A stretch of 62,974 bases of DNA, counting the filler, from Myxococcota bacterium (GTDB lineage Bacteria; Myxococcota_C; UBA6777), in the NCBI GenBank assembly GCA_023150835.1. It is 9 parts of 9 records of this genome, joined end to end, with 100 filler letters (N's around TTAATTAATTAA, not from the genome) between each part and the next. Parts side by side here need not be neighbours in the genome. Positions count along the whole stretch, not along the records: positions 58,320 to 62,974 come from JAKLKB010000220.1; 8 more parts are not named here. The stretch is one strand, 5' to 3'. Of this stretch, positions 62,775 through 62,974 are shown in pieces; position 1 is the first letter of the stretch, and the number at the start of each line of letters is the position of its first letter. The position numbers and the translations under genes were made by a program. The notes under the pieces are model-generated. The model searched no databases, had not been told where the DNA came from, and saw only the letters and a list, made by a program, of their open reading frames with translations.

Positions 62775-62974
62775 CCGCTCTTTCACCTTTCTCCCCAATA
62801 ACGACTTACGCTGTTCGAACATTTTTGTGGGGTGCCACCCCATACGCGCCTTGTTAAGGTGGAAACATCGGATAGTCTAGGCTGATCGCCGTTTCTTTTT
62901 CTACCCCCCCTCAATCCCCCCGTGAACGGGGGGAAGTTGGAACGGGCAGCGTCTGCGTCTCGTGCAAACAGCGT

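Overview
The window is not one locus. It is nine assembly fragments joined by eight artificial 100-nt linkers (N44-TTAATTAATTAA-N44 at 10255, 16095, 27050, 32529, 37927, 48319, 53326, 58220), so adjacency across linkers means nothing. Gene content (several Hanks-type Ser/Thr kinases, Cys-rich repeat surface proteins, an Ig-like/VWA lipoprotein, a short Hsp70 with a J-protein) suggests a Myxococcota-like bacterium, probably a MAG (inference). Housekeeping genes include lysA-lysC, pheS-pheT-skp, sppA, metK, speA, an acyl-CoA dehydrogenase and a GH63-like glucosidase. Main signals: (1) a diversity-generating retroelement at 25785-26950 with an HRDC accessory gene, only the C-terminal YMDD half of the reverse transcriptase, and an intact AAC-rich template repeat whose variable region is not in the window; (2) a cassette absent from the long-ORF picture at 53936-54347: leader peptide, intrinsic terminator with a candidate antiterminator, then two atypical tRNAs, Lys(UUU) and Asn(GUU), bracketed by REP-like repeats, which looks like a translation-sensing attenuator; (3) a Menshen-like DUF262/ATPase-DUF3696/effector operon with an odd membrane-tailed DUF262 protein; (4) archaeal/eukaryotic-type PheRS; (5) modular intergenic repeats whose core occurs in both orientations between the same flanks; (6) two tandem N-lobe-less pseudokinases. 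All family calls come from reading motifs by eye; no database search was run.
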